Source of the DNA: Deltaproteobacteria bacterium
GTDB lineage: Bacteria; JAGRBM01; JAHCIT01
Length of the DNA stretch: 34,537 nt
Direction: 5' to 3'
Assembly (NCBI GenBank): GCA_026129095.1
Contig: JAHCIT010000016.1
Coordinates: 1 to 34,537 of the forward strand
Made by a program: the position numbers and the translations under genes. Below, piece by piece: positions 10,738-19,734 of this stretch (positions within the stretch are counted from its first letter, which is position 1; every line of letters begins with the position of its first letter). A model generated the notes under the pieces. That model saw only the letters and a program-made list of their open reading frames with translations, was not told the DNA's origin and searched no databases.

Positions 10738-12828
10738 TTGTTCGACCGGTTCTTCCAGATTCTCCAGGAACAGCCGCCTGGTGTGCTCATCGGGATGATC
10801 GTGGGTGTGCTGCTGGCCTGCGGCTTGGGACTTCCAATGCCCGAGGATATCATTCTCGTAACGACGGGCTATCTGGCTTATCTGGGCAAGCTGGACATGC
10901 GCCCCGCGATTTTCCCGGCACATCTGCCTCAGGGGCTGGCGCTGGGGATTGTGGCGACCTTCGCTGGTGTGATTGCGGGGGATTCGATCATCTTCACTCT
11001 GGGTCGCCGGTTCGGCCCGCATATCATCGAGTTTCCGCTGATCCGGAAGATCGCCACCCGTGAACGGGTGGAAGCCGCGGAGTATTATTTCGAGAAGTAC
11101 GGTACCCGGTTCATCTTCGTGGGCCGGTTCATGGCCGGCGTGCGGGCGCCGATGTTTCTCACGGCGGGTATTCTCAGGGTGCCCTACCGGAAATTCATCC
11201 TCTATGATGGCATGGGCGCGCTGATCAGCGTTCCGCTGCTGGTGTACGCCGGTTACTACTTTGGCGAGGATATCGACCGGGCGTTTCATCTGGCCCGCGA
11301 GGCGCAGCAAACCGTCCTGTATGTGCTGGCCGCCGCAGGGGGCTTTTTCGGACTCCGGTACCTGCTTCGTGCAACCGGTCTGCTGGGCGAGCGGGTTCTG
11401 GTGGAACCGGCCGCCCGGAAGTTCGAGGCCGAGCATCCGGTTCCGGACGGACATGTTTACTTTCCCGGTGAAACCGGAGGCGGAAAGGATCGAAAGGCGA
11501 TGAGCATTTTCAAGGCGTACGACATCCGGGGTGTCGTTCCTGACGAACTGAACGAGGAACTGGCAGGCCGTATCGGGTCAGCAATCGTAGATTACCTGAA
11601 GGTGGACCGGATTGTTGTGGGCCGGGATGTGCGGACTACAGGCGAAACGATTTTCAACGCCTTTGCCGGTGGAGCCCGCCTTCGCGGCGCCGACGTATAT
11701 GACATCGGCCGGGCGACGACGCCGCTCCTCAATTTTACGGTGGGTCAGCATGGCTTTCCGGCGGGTGTGATGATTACCGCCAGCCACAATCCGCCGCGCT
11801 ACAACGGGTTCAAGATATGCCGCGCGAATGCAGTGCCGGTTTATGACAGGGAAATAAGGACCATCGGCGAGATGGCTACCGCCGCCGGGGCGCCAGCCGC
11901 AGCAGCCAAAACTGGCAGGCTGATCCCTTTCAGCAGCCTCGACGAATATTATGGCAAGATCCGGGGCCGCGTCCGGACCGGCGGCCGGCGCCTGAAGGTG
12001 GTCGTGGACATGTCGAATGGCGCTGCCACCACCATCACGCCTGCGTCCCTGAAAGATCTCCCGCACGACATCGTGGTCATCAATGGCGATCCGGATGGAA
12101 CATTTCCGAACCATGAGCCCGATCCGCTGAAAGAGGAAAACCTTGAACAGTGCCGCCGCAAGCTGATTGAACTCGGTGCCGACATGGGGGCCGTATATGA
12201 CGGTGACGCCGACCGGCTGGTGTTTCTGGACGAAACGGGACGGACGGTAACGGGTGACCTGACGACGTTGCTCATTGCACTGGACATGATCGGCGGCCGG
12301 AAGGGCGAACTGGTGCTTTACGATGTCCGTTCTTCCTGGGTAGTCCGTGAGGAGCTGGAAAAGGCGGGGGCGCGCTCGGACGTCTGCCGGGTAGGACATG
12401 CCTTTATCAAGACGGCCATGCGTGAACGGGATGCCCTGTGCGCCGGCGAACTGTCGGGCCACTACTACTTCCGTGACAACTTCTATGCCGAAAATACCGA
12501 TCTGGCCCTTGTCCTCATGCTGAACCAGCTGGCTTTTTCCGCAGAACCCATGAGCCGGATCGTGGGCCGTTATCGCCGGTACCATGCTTCGGGGGAGATC
12601 AATTCGGAAGTGGCCGATAAAGCAGCTATTATCGCCAGCATAAAGGAACGTTACGGCAAGGCTGGCAAGGTAACCGAGGTAGATGGCCTGACAGTGGAGT
12701 TTGACGACTGGTGGTTCAACCTTCGGGCATCGAACACTGAATCGTTGCTCCGGCTGAATGTAGAGGCCAAGGCCCCAGACCGGCTGGAAGAAAAGACCCG
12801 GGAGCTGTTGGCGCTGATCCGGGGGTAA
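10738..12828 (+). CDS. DedA-family membrane protein fused in frame to phosphomannomutase/phosphoglucomutase
   Basis: DedA motifs CGLGLPMPED, GD..IF.LGR, FEKYG and GRFMAGVR. PMM motifs FKAYDIRG, TASHNP, DGDADR, GELSGH and RASNTE. No stop codon lies between them. TTG start at 10738 follows AGGAG. Confidence 0.8.
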   Translation: MFDRFFQILQEQPPGVLIGMIVGVLLACGLGLPMPEDIILVTTGYLAYLGKLDMRPAIFPAHLPQGLALGIVATFAGVIAGDSIIFTLGRRFGPHIIEFPLIRKIATRERVEAAEYYFEKYGTRFIFVGRFMAGVRAPMFLTAGILRVPYRKFILYDGMGALISVPLLVYAGYYFGEDIDRAFHLAREAQQTVLYVLAAAGGFFGLRYLLRATGLLGERVLVEPAARKFEAEHPVPDGHVYFPGETGGGKDRKAMSIFKAYDIRGVVPDELNEELAGRIGSAIVDYLKVDRIVVGRDVRTTGETIFNAFAGGARLRGADVYDIGRATTPLLNFTVGQHGFPAGVMITASHNPPRYNGFKICRANAVPVYDREIRTIGEMATAAGAPAAAAKTGRLIPFSSLDEYYGKIRGRVRTGGRRLKVVVDMSNGAATTITPASLKDLPHDIVVINGDPDGTFPNHEPDPLKEENLEQCRRKLIELGADMGAVYDGDADRLVFLDETGRTVTGDLTTLLIALDMIGGRKGELVLYDVRSSWVVREELEKAGARSDVCRVGHAFIKTAMRERDALCAGELSGHYYFRDNFYAENTDLALVLMLNQLAFSAEPMSRIVGRYRRYHASGEINSEVADKAAIIASIKERYGKAGKVTEVDGLTVEFDDWWFNLRASNTESLLRLNVEAKAPDRLEEKTRELLALIRG
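11500..12828 (+). CDS. manB: Phosphomannomutase/phosphoglucomutase, probable internal or ancestral start
   Basis: ATG at 11500 gives the canonical N-terminus MSIFKAYDIRG, preceded by purine-rich SD-like sequence (GGAAAGGATCGAAAGGCG). Confidence 0.7.
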   Translation: MSIFKAYDIRGVVPDELNEELAGRIGSAIVDYLKVDRIVVGRDVRTTGETIFNAFAGGARLRGADVYDIGRATTPLLNFTVGQHGFPAGVMITASHNPPRYNGFKICRANAVPVYDREIRTIGEMATAAGAPAAAAKTGRLIPFSSLDEYYGKIRGRVRTGGRRLKVVVDMSNGAATTITPASLKDLPHDIVVINGDPDGTFPNHEPDPLKEENLEQCRRKLIELGADMGAVYDGDADRLVFLDETGRTVTGDLTTLLIALDMIGGRKGELVLYDVRSSWVVREELEKAGARSDVCRVGHAFIKTAMRERDALCAGELSGHYYFRDNFYAENTDLALVLMLNQLAFSAEPMSRIVGRYRRYHASGEINSEVADKAAIIASIKERYGKAGKVTEVDGLTVEFDDWWFNLRASNTESLLRLNVEAKAPDRLEEKTRELLALIRG

Positions 12829-12831
12829 TTT

Positions 12832-15513
12832 GTGGCCGCGCCGGCGGCTGGCGCGGGTGTCGGGATGGATGAGGAAATTGAAAGCCTGTCGCTGGAGGAG
12901 CTGCCGAAGTCGGCAACCCGGCTGTTTGCCGAAGCGCTGCTGATTGCCGCCTGCTTTGCCACGCTGACCATTGCCATTGGCGTGGCAGGCATCCTGTTCA
13001 CCGGCGGGCTGTTCGAGCCCGCCACCCAGCGTTACCTGGAAGGGCTGATTGGCTGGGATCGTGTAAGCCAACTTGGGTGGTTCACGCTGGTGCTGGCGAC
13101 CATCTGGACCGGCTGGTTCTGGTACTTGTTCAAAAGCGTCCGAGAGTTCCGCTCGCTGCCGCCCGAGGAATGGAAATCCCGTCCGGACGATCTCGTTCGG
13201 CTGTTCCGGCAGGTTCATGATATTCCGTACCTGGGGACGCTGGTCAGCGTGTTCCTGTGGGTTGCTGGTGGAATTGTTGCGATCTGGTTCTTCCGTGACC
13301 TTTCCAGCTCCTTTTACTGGGTGATCCCGACGCTCTCCACCTGCACGGCGATGTCAATCAACCTGCCCCAGATTTACGCCCAGCGTGATCTGCTCCGTCC
13401 GCTCGAAAACGAGATACGTGTGCTTAACCCCGCCATCAACGTGTCCAACGTGAAGCGGCGGAACTCCATAGGCCGAAAGCTCAGGAGCGGACTGTTCGGG
13501 CTGCTTCTCTTCACGCTCGGGGTCGGATTTCTCGTCTCGTTCGTGGTGGTAGAGCGGTTCCGTGTGCAGGACCGGGTGGAGCGGCTCGACAGCCTCCTTC
13601 CGCTTTTTGCCGACTGGGTGCAGAGGGCACAGCCGTCGGATTTTTCTCCGTCTGAGCGGGAACGATGGACCGGACCACTCGGCCGGTTTCATACGGGAAG
13701 CCGTGCGGGGCCGGTTTTATATGACCTGACCGACGGGATTTTCCTGGTGAATGTTCCTGGCGTTGCCGAAGACAGTGCCACCGTGGAGATCATGCAGCGC
13801 GCCCAGGAGCAGTATGAGGAAGACTACCGGCATGGAGTTACCTTCCATTCACTTCCGGAAAGCATTTTTGACGAATTCGGCCTTCAGCACCGCTATCTTC
13901 TGGCGCTGGCCGAATTGCACACCCATAGTTCGACGGACCTTTTTCGCAGCCTGATCGTCATTTATGCGTTGATTGCAGTTTTGTGCCTGCTCGTGTCGGT
14001 ATTCCTCAGCCGGGATCTCATTGTCCCGCTGCGCAGCCTGCTGAAATACACCCGGCGCGTCGGACAGGGGCGTCTCATCCGGCATCGGCCGTTTGTGACA
14101 GGAGACGAACTGGGCGAACTGGCCGAGCAAACCGCGCAGACGGTCTCCAATCTGGCTGACATCGTCACGGATATACGGGAAGCGAGCACGGCGCTGGGCG
14201 AGGCCGCCCGGGCGGTGGCTACCCGGAGCGTCACGCTCTCGGAGGCAAGCCGCGGCCAGTATGATCTGGCTGACAATACAGCCCGCTCGGTGGACCAGCT
14301 TGCGGCACGGCTGGAGTCCGGCAAGCAGGAGATCGACCGTCTGGAAGAAGCCGTGGAGGGCAGCTCATCGGCTGCCATTGAGCTGCACGCCACTGCCCAG
14401 CAGGTAAATACTTCCACCGGAGAGCTGGCTGCGGAAACCGGTGATATCCGGAAGGCATCGGGCGAAATGCTTGCTTCAACCGAGCGGCTGGCATCCCGGC
14501 TGTCGGATCTGGAGAGTTTCACGGCGCAGACCGTTTCGGCCGTTCAGCTTATTGAAGACCGTGTGAACGCCTTGCGGACCGATGCGGTGATGAGCGAGCA
14601 GCTTTCCAGCGACGTGCTTGCCAATACCCAGTCCGGACGGGACGCACTCGCACAGACGGTTCGTGCCATTACCGAAAGCCGCCAGCTTGTCGATGAAACG
14701 GCCGGTATTGTCGTTTCTCTCCGGAGCCGCAACCGGGCCATCAACGAGATCATCGAGACCATACGGAGCGTGGCCAGCCGGACGACGCTGCTGTCGCTGA
14801 ATGCCTCCATTCTGGCGGCACAGGCCGGCGAACACGGTGCCTCTTTTCAGGTGGTTGCCGAGGAAATACGGCAGCTCGCCTATGGCACCACCGGCAAGGC
14901 ACGGGAGATCGCCGAACTGATAGAAACGATCCAGGTGGAGACCGAGCGGGCGGCCAATTCCATCGAGGAAGTGATGGTCCGTGCGGGACAGAACGTTGCC
15001 ATGGCTGAGAGTACCTCCCGCGTGCTGGACGAGATCACGCAGAAGGCGGAAGAGTCGCTGTCGGTGGTCGAACGTACCCGGCGTGCGGTGGACGACCAGA
15101 GCCAGTCGGCACGGTCGATCACCCAGGTGGTGAACCAGCTTGGCGAACTGGTCCGGGAATTCAGTCGTCTGGGTGAAACCCAGCGTTACACCGGTACCCA
15201 GATCGCAACCCGCATCGAGCAGGTGCAGCAGCAGGTGGCCCGGGTGAACCGCGCAAGCCATGAACAGGTGCGGGCCTCAGCCCAGGTTACCGAGGGTGTC
15301 GAGACCGTGAATCACACGCTGCAGTCGGTGCTTCGGACCCTGAATGAGGAGATCGGCGCCAGCGGTGACATACGCCGGTCGGCCGCCACGGTAAGGGAAA
15401 CAGCGAGCCGGTCCCGCGAGCAGACGGATGAACTCGTGCGGGTGGCACGGGAACTGGAAACCCTGGCATCACGTCTGGACAGCGACGTGGGCCGGTTCCG
15501 TCTGGAAGACTGA
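12832..15513 (+). CDS. Methyl-accepting chemotaxis protein with about 6 TM helices, HAMP and a very long signalling domain
   Basis: Hairpin tip T.LLSLNASI.AAQAGEHG..FQVVAEEIRQLA; HAMP motif PL..L......VG.G...GDELGELA. The start may be the ATG at 12865. Confidence 0.92.
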   Translation: MAAPAAGAGVGMDEEIESLSLEELPKSATRLFAEALLIAACFATLTIAIGVAGILFTGGLFEPATQRYLEGLIGWDRVSQLGWFTLVLATIWTGWFWYLFKSVREFRSLPPEEWKSRPDDLVRLFRQVHDIPYLGTLVSVFLWVAGGIVAIWFFRDLSSSFYWVIPTLSTCTAMSINLPQIYAQRDLLRPLENEIRVLNPAINVSNVKRRNSIGRKLRSGLFGLLLFTLGVGFLVSFVVVERFRVQDRVERLDSLLPLFADWVQRAQPSDFSPSERERWTGPLGRFHTGSRAGPVLYDLTDGIFLVNVPGVAEDSATVEIMQRAQEQYEEDYRHGVTFHSLPESIFDEFGLQHRYLLALAELHTHSSTDLFRSLIVIYALIAVLCLLVSVFLSRDLIVPLRSLLKYTRRVGQGRLIRHRPFVTGDELGELAEQTAQTVSNLADIVTDIREASTALGEAARAVATRSVTLSEASRGQYDLADNTARSVDQLAARLESGKQEIDRLEEAVEGSSSAAIELHATAQQVNTSTGELAAETGDIRKASGEMLASTERLASRLSDLESFTAQTVSAVQLIEDRVNALRTDAVMSEQLSSDVLANTQSGRDALAQTVRAITESRQLVDETAGIVVSLRSRNRAINEIIETIRSVASRTTLLSLNASILAAQAGEHGASFQVVAEEIRQLAYGTTGKAREIAELIETIQVETERAANSIEEVMVRAGQNVAMAESTSRVLDEITQKAEESLSVVERTRRAVDDQSQSARSITQVVNQLGELVREFSRLGETQRYTGTQIATRIEQVQQQVARVNRASHEQVRASAQVTEGVETVNHTLQSVLRTLNEEIGASGDIRRSAATVRETASRSREQTDELVRVARELETLASRLDSDVGRFRLED

Positions 15514-15555
15514 TTTTCGCATCAGAATGGGCCGAACATCCGGCGGGACAAGCTC

Positions 15556-15585
15556 TTGCACCCGTGGCCCATGCGGCCCTATGTT
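15556..15585 (+). promoter_or_regulatory. Possible sigma70 promoter for ispG
   Basis: TTGCAC, 18-nt spacer, TATGTT. Confidence 0.35.
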
Positions 15586-15619
15586 CACGCCGGGCTGAAC
15601 GCCCAGGGACAGTCATCAG

Positions 15620-16855
15620 ATGAGTGCATTTCCCCGCAAGCCAACCACTGCCGTACGGATCGGCAATGTCACTGCAGGTGGCGGCCATCCGGTCGTCGTC
15701 CAGTCGATGACCAACACCGATACCGCCGACGTCAGGGCCACGGTGGAGCAGGTCAAGCTGCTGGCCGATGCCGGATCGGAAATCGTCCGGATCACGGTCA
15801 ACAACCCGGAGGCGGCCGAAGCCGTGCCGGAGATCATCAAGCGCCTGCGTGATCTGGGGTGCAATGTTCCGGTTGTCGGCGATTTTCACTACAACGGGCA
15901 TATTCTGCTGACCAAGTACCGGGAATGTGCGCGGCTTCTGGACAAGTACCGGATCAATCCTGGCAACGCCGGGATGGGCAAGCGCGAAAACGCCAATTTT
16001 CGTGCCATGATCGAGACAGCCATCGAGTTTGGAAAACCCGTACGCATTGGCGTCAACGGCGGCTCGCTGGACCAGAACCTGCTTACAAGGCTCATGGACG
16101 AGAACACCGCCTCGCCGGAGCCCCGGTCGGCGGGGGACATTCTCATTGAGGCGATGGTCCAGAGCGCCATTGATTCAGCGAGGCTTGCCGAGCAGATCGG
16201 CCTGCCGCACGACCGCATCATCTTGTCGGGAAAGATTTCGAATATTCCTGAACTGATCAGGGTTTATGTGGAACTGTCGAAGCGGTCCGACTACGCCCTG
16301 CATCTCGGACTGACCGAAGCCGGCATGGGCATGAAGGGCACGGTGAGTTCATCCGCCGCGCTGGCAATCCTGCTTTCCCAGGGAATTGGGGACACGATTC
16401 GCGTCTCGCTTACGCCGCAGCCGGGTGGCGACCGGCGCGAGGAAGTCTATATCTGCCAGCAGATACTCCAGTCACTGGAGATTCGCAGCTTCATGCCCCA
16501 GGTGACAGCCTGCCCCGGCTGCGGCCGGACCACATCGACGTTCTTCCAGGAGCTGGCGAATGACATCCAGGGGTACCTTCGTGCCCAGATGCCCATCTGG
16601 CAGCAGCAGTACAAGGGTGTTGAGGAACTGAAAGTGGCCGTCATGGGCTGTATCGTGAACGGACCAGGCGAATCGAAGAGTGCCGACCTTGGCATCTCGC
16701 TTCCCGGCACGGGCGAGGACCCCAAAGCGCCTGTCTATAAGGATGGCGAACAGATGACGACGCTCAAGGGAAAGACCATCGCCCAGGATTTTATCCAGAT
16801 CGTGAACGACTACGTGGAAGCCCGTTGGGGTGGTGCTTCCAGCACCCGGCGGTAG
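15620..16855 (+). CDS. ispG: (E)-4-hydroxy-3-methylbut-2-enyl diphosphate synthase
   Basis: [49 protein letters not shown], and Fe-S ligands CPGCGRT and [10 protein letters not shown]. Confidence 0.97.
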   Translation: MSAFPRKPTTAVRIGNVTAGGGHPVVVQSMTNTDTADVRATVEQVKLLADAGSEIVRITVNNPEAAEAVPEIIKRLRDLGCNVPVVGDFHYNGHILLTKYRECARLLDKYRINPGNAGMGKRENANFRAMIETAIEFGKPVRIGVNGGSLDQNLLTRLMDENTASPEPRSAGDILIEAMVQSAIDSARLAEQIGLPHDRIILSGKISNIPELIRVYVELSKRSDYALHLGLTEAGMGMKGTVSSSAALAILLSQGIGDTIRVSLTPQPGGDRREEVYICQQILQSLEIRSFMPQVTACPGCGRTTSTFFQELANDIQGYLRAQMPIWQQQYKGVEELKVAVMGCIVNGPGESKSADLGISLPGTGEDPKAPVYKDGEQMTTLKGKTIAQDFIQIVNDYVEARWGGASSTRR

Positions 16856-16857
16856 TC

Positions 16858-17208
16858 ATGCCGATTGATGAGGAAGGCGAGGGCCGCGTTCGGCAGGTCC
16901 GTGACGGACGGCTTCATAGTGCCTATGAGCGCGAAATCGCCCAGCTGATCCGGCACTTTTCCGATCCCAAGCTGGAGGGGCTTACCCTGTTCAGCATTGA
17001 GGTTTCGGCGGATGGCTCCCGTATCCGGGCAGTCTGCGTCCCGGTGTCAAAGCCGCGCCATGCGCGGGCGGAAGTCGAGAGTGCCTTGAAACGTACCGCT
17101 CCGTACCTCCGGCGTACATTGGCGGAGACTTTTGCGAAGAAAAAGACGCCGGTCGTCACACTTCGGTACGCTCCAGAACTGGCGGGTCCATTTCGAGCGG
17201 ATACCTGA
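16858..17208 (+). CDS. Divergent ribosome-binding factor A (RbfA)-like protein
   Basis: R..RL....REIA......DPKL..LT...IEVSAD.....ALK...PYLR..LA.....K.TP...LRY follows the RbfA pattern. Starts 2 nt after the ispG stop. Confidence 0.7.
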   Translation: MPIDEEGEGRVRQVRDGRLHSAYEREIAQLIRHFSDPKLEGLTLFSIEVSADGSRIRAVCVPVSKPRHARAEVESALKRTAPYLRRTLAETFAKKKTPVVTLRYAPELAGPFRADT

Positions 17209-17292
17209 ATTGTGGGGCAGTAAGAGTCCTGGAATAGACGAGTAATTCCAACCAGTTAGCTGGGCTCCAGGAATCGGCTCAGGTGGTCCTCT

Positions 17293-17308
17293 GGGCATGG
17301 TTTTTGCG
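17293..17308 (+). promoter_or_regulatory. Sigma54 (-24/-12) promoter candidate
   Basis: GGGCATGGTTTTTGCG has GG(17294-5)-N10-GC(17306-7) and is close to the TGGCACG-N4-TTGC consensus. Confidence 0.55.
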
Positions 17309-17319
17309 TGCATGCCGGC

Positions 17320-17997
17320 ATGAGGATTTTCTTACCGTTCATGCTGGGTTTTATTTTGTCGCTGCCTGTCGGGTGCGCCCAGCGGCGATCGGTATTCGGA
17401 AAAACACCGCCGCCAGCTCTCTATGACGGTAACTGGCATCCGCCATCAGCAGCCAAAGATGAGACAAAAGATTTTGCGGTGGACCTTTCTGCCAAGGTCA
17501 TTCAGGCGGGCGATATGGCGGACAAACGGCTTGTGGCCCCGCAGTTCCAGGGGGCTACGCTGGTGAATGCCAGTTTCGAAAATGGAAAACTGCTCAGTCC
17601 GGTTTTTGACAAGGCCCGGATTGTCCGCGGACGTTTTGTGGGAGCGGATGTCCGGGAGGGGAGTTTCCGTGACGCCGATCACCGGTTTGCGAACTTCAAC
17701 CATGCTGTATTGGAACGGGCGAATTTCGACGCGGCCAACCTGACCCGGTCGGTATTTCAGTTCAGCAAGCTGCGGCGGGCTTCGTTTGCCGGCACGAACC
17801 TGGCACATGCTGATTTCCGCGGGGCTGACCTCCGGGATGCCGTATTCATGAACGCTGATCTCAGGTGGGCCGATTTTCGGGGTGCAAATATCGAGGGTGC
17901 CCGGTTCATTAGTTCACAACTGTCCGGAACGAAGTTCAGTGATCCCGGCAAGCAGGAAAATGCCGCCAGGATGAACCTTTCGATGGCGATACCCTGA
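17320..17997 (+). CDS. Pentapeptide-repeat protein with a probable lipoprotein signal
   Basis: MRIFLPFMLGFILSLPVGC signal, then tandem A(N/D)(F/L)xx repeats (ANFNH AVLER ANFDA ANLTR ... ADFRG ADLRD). Confidence 0.85.
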   Translation: MRIFLPFMLGFILSLPVGCAQRRSVFGKTPPPALYDGNWHPPSAAKDETKDFAVDLSAKVIQAGDMADKRLVAPQFQGATLVNASFENGKLLSPVFDKARIVRGRFVGADVREGSFRDADHRFANFNHAVLERANFDAANLTRSVFQFSKLRRASFAGTNLAHADFRGADLRDAVFMNADLRWADFRGANIEGARFISSQLSGTKFSDPGKQENAARMNLSMAIP

Positions 17998-18074
17998 AAA
18001 CCGGCCCCCTGTCCGTTAGACCTGACCGGGCAAATCAGATACTCGGACAGGGAAACCTTGCTGGAGGGGATGAC

Positions 18075-19097
18075 ATGGAAATCCGCAATCTGGGCCATTC
18101 GGGGCTGCGCGTGCCGGAACTGTGCCTTGGAGCGATGACGTTCGGCGAATCGCAGTCGTTCATGCGGGGGGTAACCTCTCCCGACGAGGAGGCCCGTGCC
18201 GTGCTGGACCGGTGTCTGGACCGTGGCGTGAATTTCATCGACACGGCCAATGTCTATTCCGAGGGCCGGTCCGAGGAACTGCTCGGAAAATGGCTTGAAG
18301 GGCGGCGCGAGCAGGCGATTATCGCCACCAAGTGCCGTTTTCCCATGATGATGGGTGCGGGCCGCCCGGACCCGAACAGCTACGGACTGTCGCGCAAGTC
18401 GGTCATCTGGAACTGCGAGCAGTCCCTCCGGCGTCTGAAAACGGACTATATCGATCTTTACCAGGTTCACATGCAGGACCGGCGCGCCCCGATCGAAGAG
18501 ACCCTGCGTGCGCTCGACGATCTCGTTACCAGCGGCAAGGTCCGCTATGCGGGATGTTCCAACTATACGGGCTACCGCCTGGGGGAGGCCGTTGGGGCAG
18601 CAGCCCGCATGGGCGTGCAGGGATATGTATCGGTCCAGTTCCAGTGGTCCCTGATCGTTCGTGACGCCGAACGCGAGATTGTTCCTGCATGCCGCCAGTT
18701 TGGCCTTGGCATGATGGTCTGGTCACCGCTCGGACGGGGGTTTCTCTCCGGAAAATACCGGAAGGGAATGGAACCCCCGAAAGGAACACGGCTCGCCGAG
18801 TGGCGCGATTCGTGGAAACAGATCGACCGGGATTCCAACTGGAAGGTGCTCGATGCGGTGGACGCCGTGGCGAAACGGCACAACGCCGCCCCGGCATCGG
18901 TTTCGCTCGCGTGGCTTCGCCAGCAGACTGGAATGACTTCCATTATTGTCGGGGCGCGAACGGTGGCGCAGCTGGATGAAAACCTGAAGGCACTCGATCT
19001 CAAGCTGGATGCCGACGACCTGAAACAGCTCGATGCGGCGTCGAAGCCATACTGGGGATACCCATACGACTTTATCGGCGGGCGGGAGCCCTGGTAG
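18075..19097 (+). CDS. Aldo/keto reductase
   Basis: LG.SGL.V..LCLGAMTFG, FIDTANVY, IATK, SLRRL.TDYIDLYQVH, GKVRY.G.SN and WSPLGRG; GGAGG SD upstream. Confidence 0.95.
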   Translation: MEIRNLGHSGLRVPELCLGAMTFGESQSFMRGVTSPDEEARAVLDRCLDRGVNFIDTANVYSEGRSEELLGKWLEGRREQAIIATKCRFPMMMGAGRPDPNSYGLSRKSVIWNCEQSLRRLKTDYIDLYQVHMQDRRAPIEETLRALDDLVTSGKVRYAGCSNYTGYRLGEAVGAAARMGVQGYVSVQFQWSLIVRDAEREIVPACRQFGLGMMVWSPLGRGFLSGKYRKGMEPPKGTRLAEWRDSWKQIDRDSNWKVLDAVDAVAKRHNAAPASVSLAWLRQQTGMTSIIVGARTVAQLDENLKALDLKLDADDLKQLDAASKPYWGYPYDFIGGREPW

Positions 19098-19103
19098 CCG
19101 AAG

Positions 19104-19691
19104 TCACTTGGACCCGCCGGGCTTGGGCCCGTGGACCATTTCGGACAGTTTCTGAAGCGGGAGGACGGCAGCGCGGCTGTCATCGAGGCCCAGGCGGTTC
19201 AGCCGGTCCAGGGTCGACTGGAACTCGGCCTCGGTGATCCGGCCCTTTTCCAGCAGATACCGGTTCATGTCCCGCAGGTGGAGCAGGTAGAGATCGGCTT
19301 CGAGGCGGGAGAACCGGCGGTCCAGGTATTCGCCGACACTCCGCAAGATAATATCCCGTTCGACATGTTCGAGCTTCAGCCACAAGTCGTTCCGGAGAAT
19401 CAGGAGCGTGTCCTTGAGATCATTTCTGAGATCACCGGTTAAGGTCGCCTCGATTGCCCGAAGTGTGTATTCAAACGCCTGAAGTGTGGGCGACAGTGCA
19501 TCCAGTGAAACCGAATTTGCGTCTGACTTCTGTCCCAGGTTCTGGATACCGCCCTCAATGCCGTCCAGACGGCGCTCCATGGTTTCCAGCAGGCGCGCAT
19601 GGGACTGGCTGCGTTTGACCAGCAAAAGCACGGCCAGTAACGTCACCAGCATCAGGAAGCCGGCCACCGCGATGAACCATTCAGGAAGCAC
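19104..19691 (-). CDS. Single-pass membrane coiled-coil protein with a SHOCT-like C-terminal motif
   Basis: GTG start gives MLPEWFIAVAGFLMLVTLLAVLLLVKR (TM), then a heptad-rich region and LLEKGRITEAEFQ. TTGACA lies upstream at 19729-19724. Confidence 0.65.
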   Translation of the reverse strand: MLPEWFIAVAGFLMLVTLLAVLLLVKRSQSHARLLETMERRLDGIEGGIQNLGQKSDANSVSLDALSPTLQAFEYTLRAIEATLTGDLRNDLKDTLLILRNDLWLKLEHVERDIILRSVGEYLDRRFSRLEADLYLLHLRDMNRYLLEKGRITEAEFQSTLDRLNRLGLDDSRAAVLPLQKLSEMVHGPKPGGSK

Positions 19692-19734
19692 GTCCGTACC
19701 ATTTCCACACGGGCAGGCCCCGGTGTCAAGCGGA

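Noticed and set aside
11578-13218. 546-aa minus-strand ORF
   Set aside because: Antisense shadow of PMM and the MCP; no recognisable protein features.
15546-15560. GG-N10-GC upstream of ispG as a sigma54 promoter
   Set aside because: The -24 element lacks CAC/CAT, and a sigma70 reading of the same bases fits at least as well.
17620-17940. Repetitive DNA suggesting a CRISPR or tandem repeat
   Set aside because: The periodicity is 15 nt and comes from the pentapeptide-repeat coding sequence; there is no repeat-spacer structure.
19486-19734. N-terminal extension of the Wzm ORF
   Set aside because: It overlaps the divergent gene; the Wzm-like sequence begins at the ATG at 19735.
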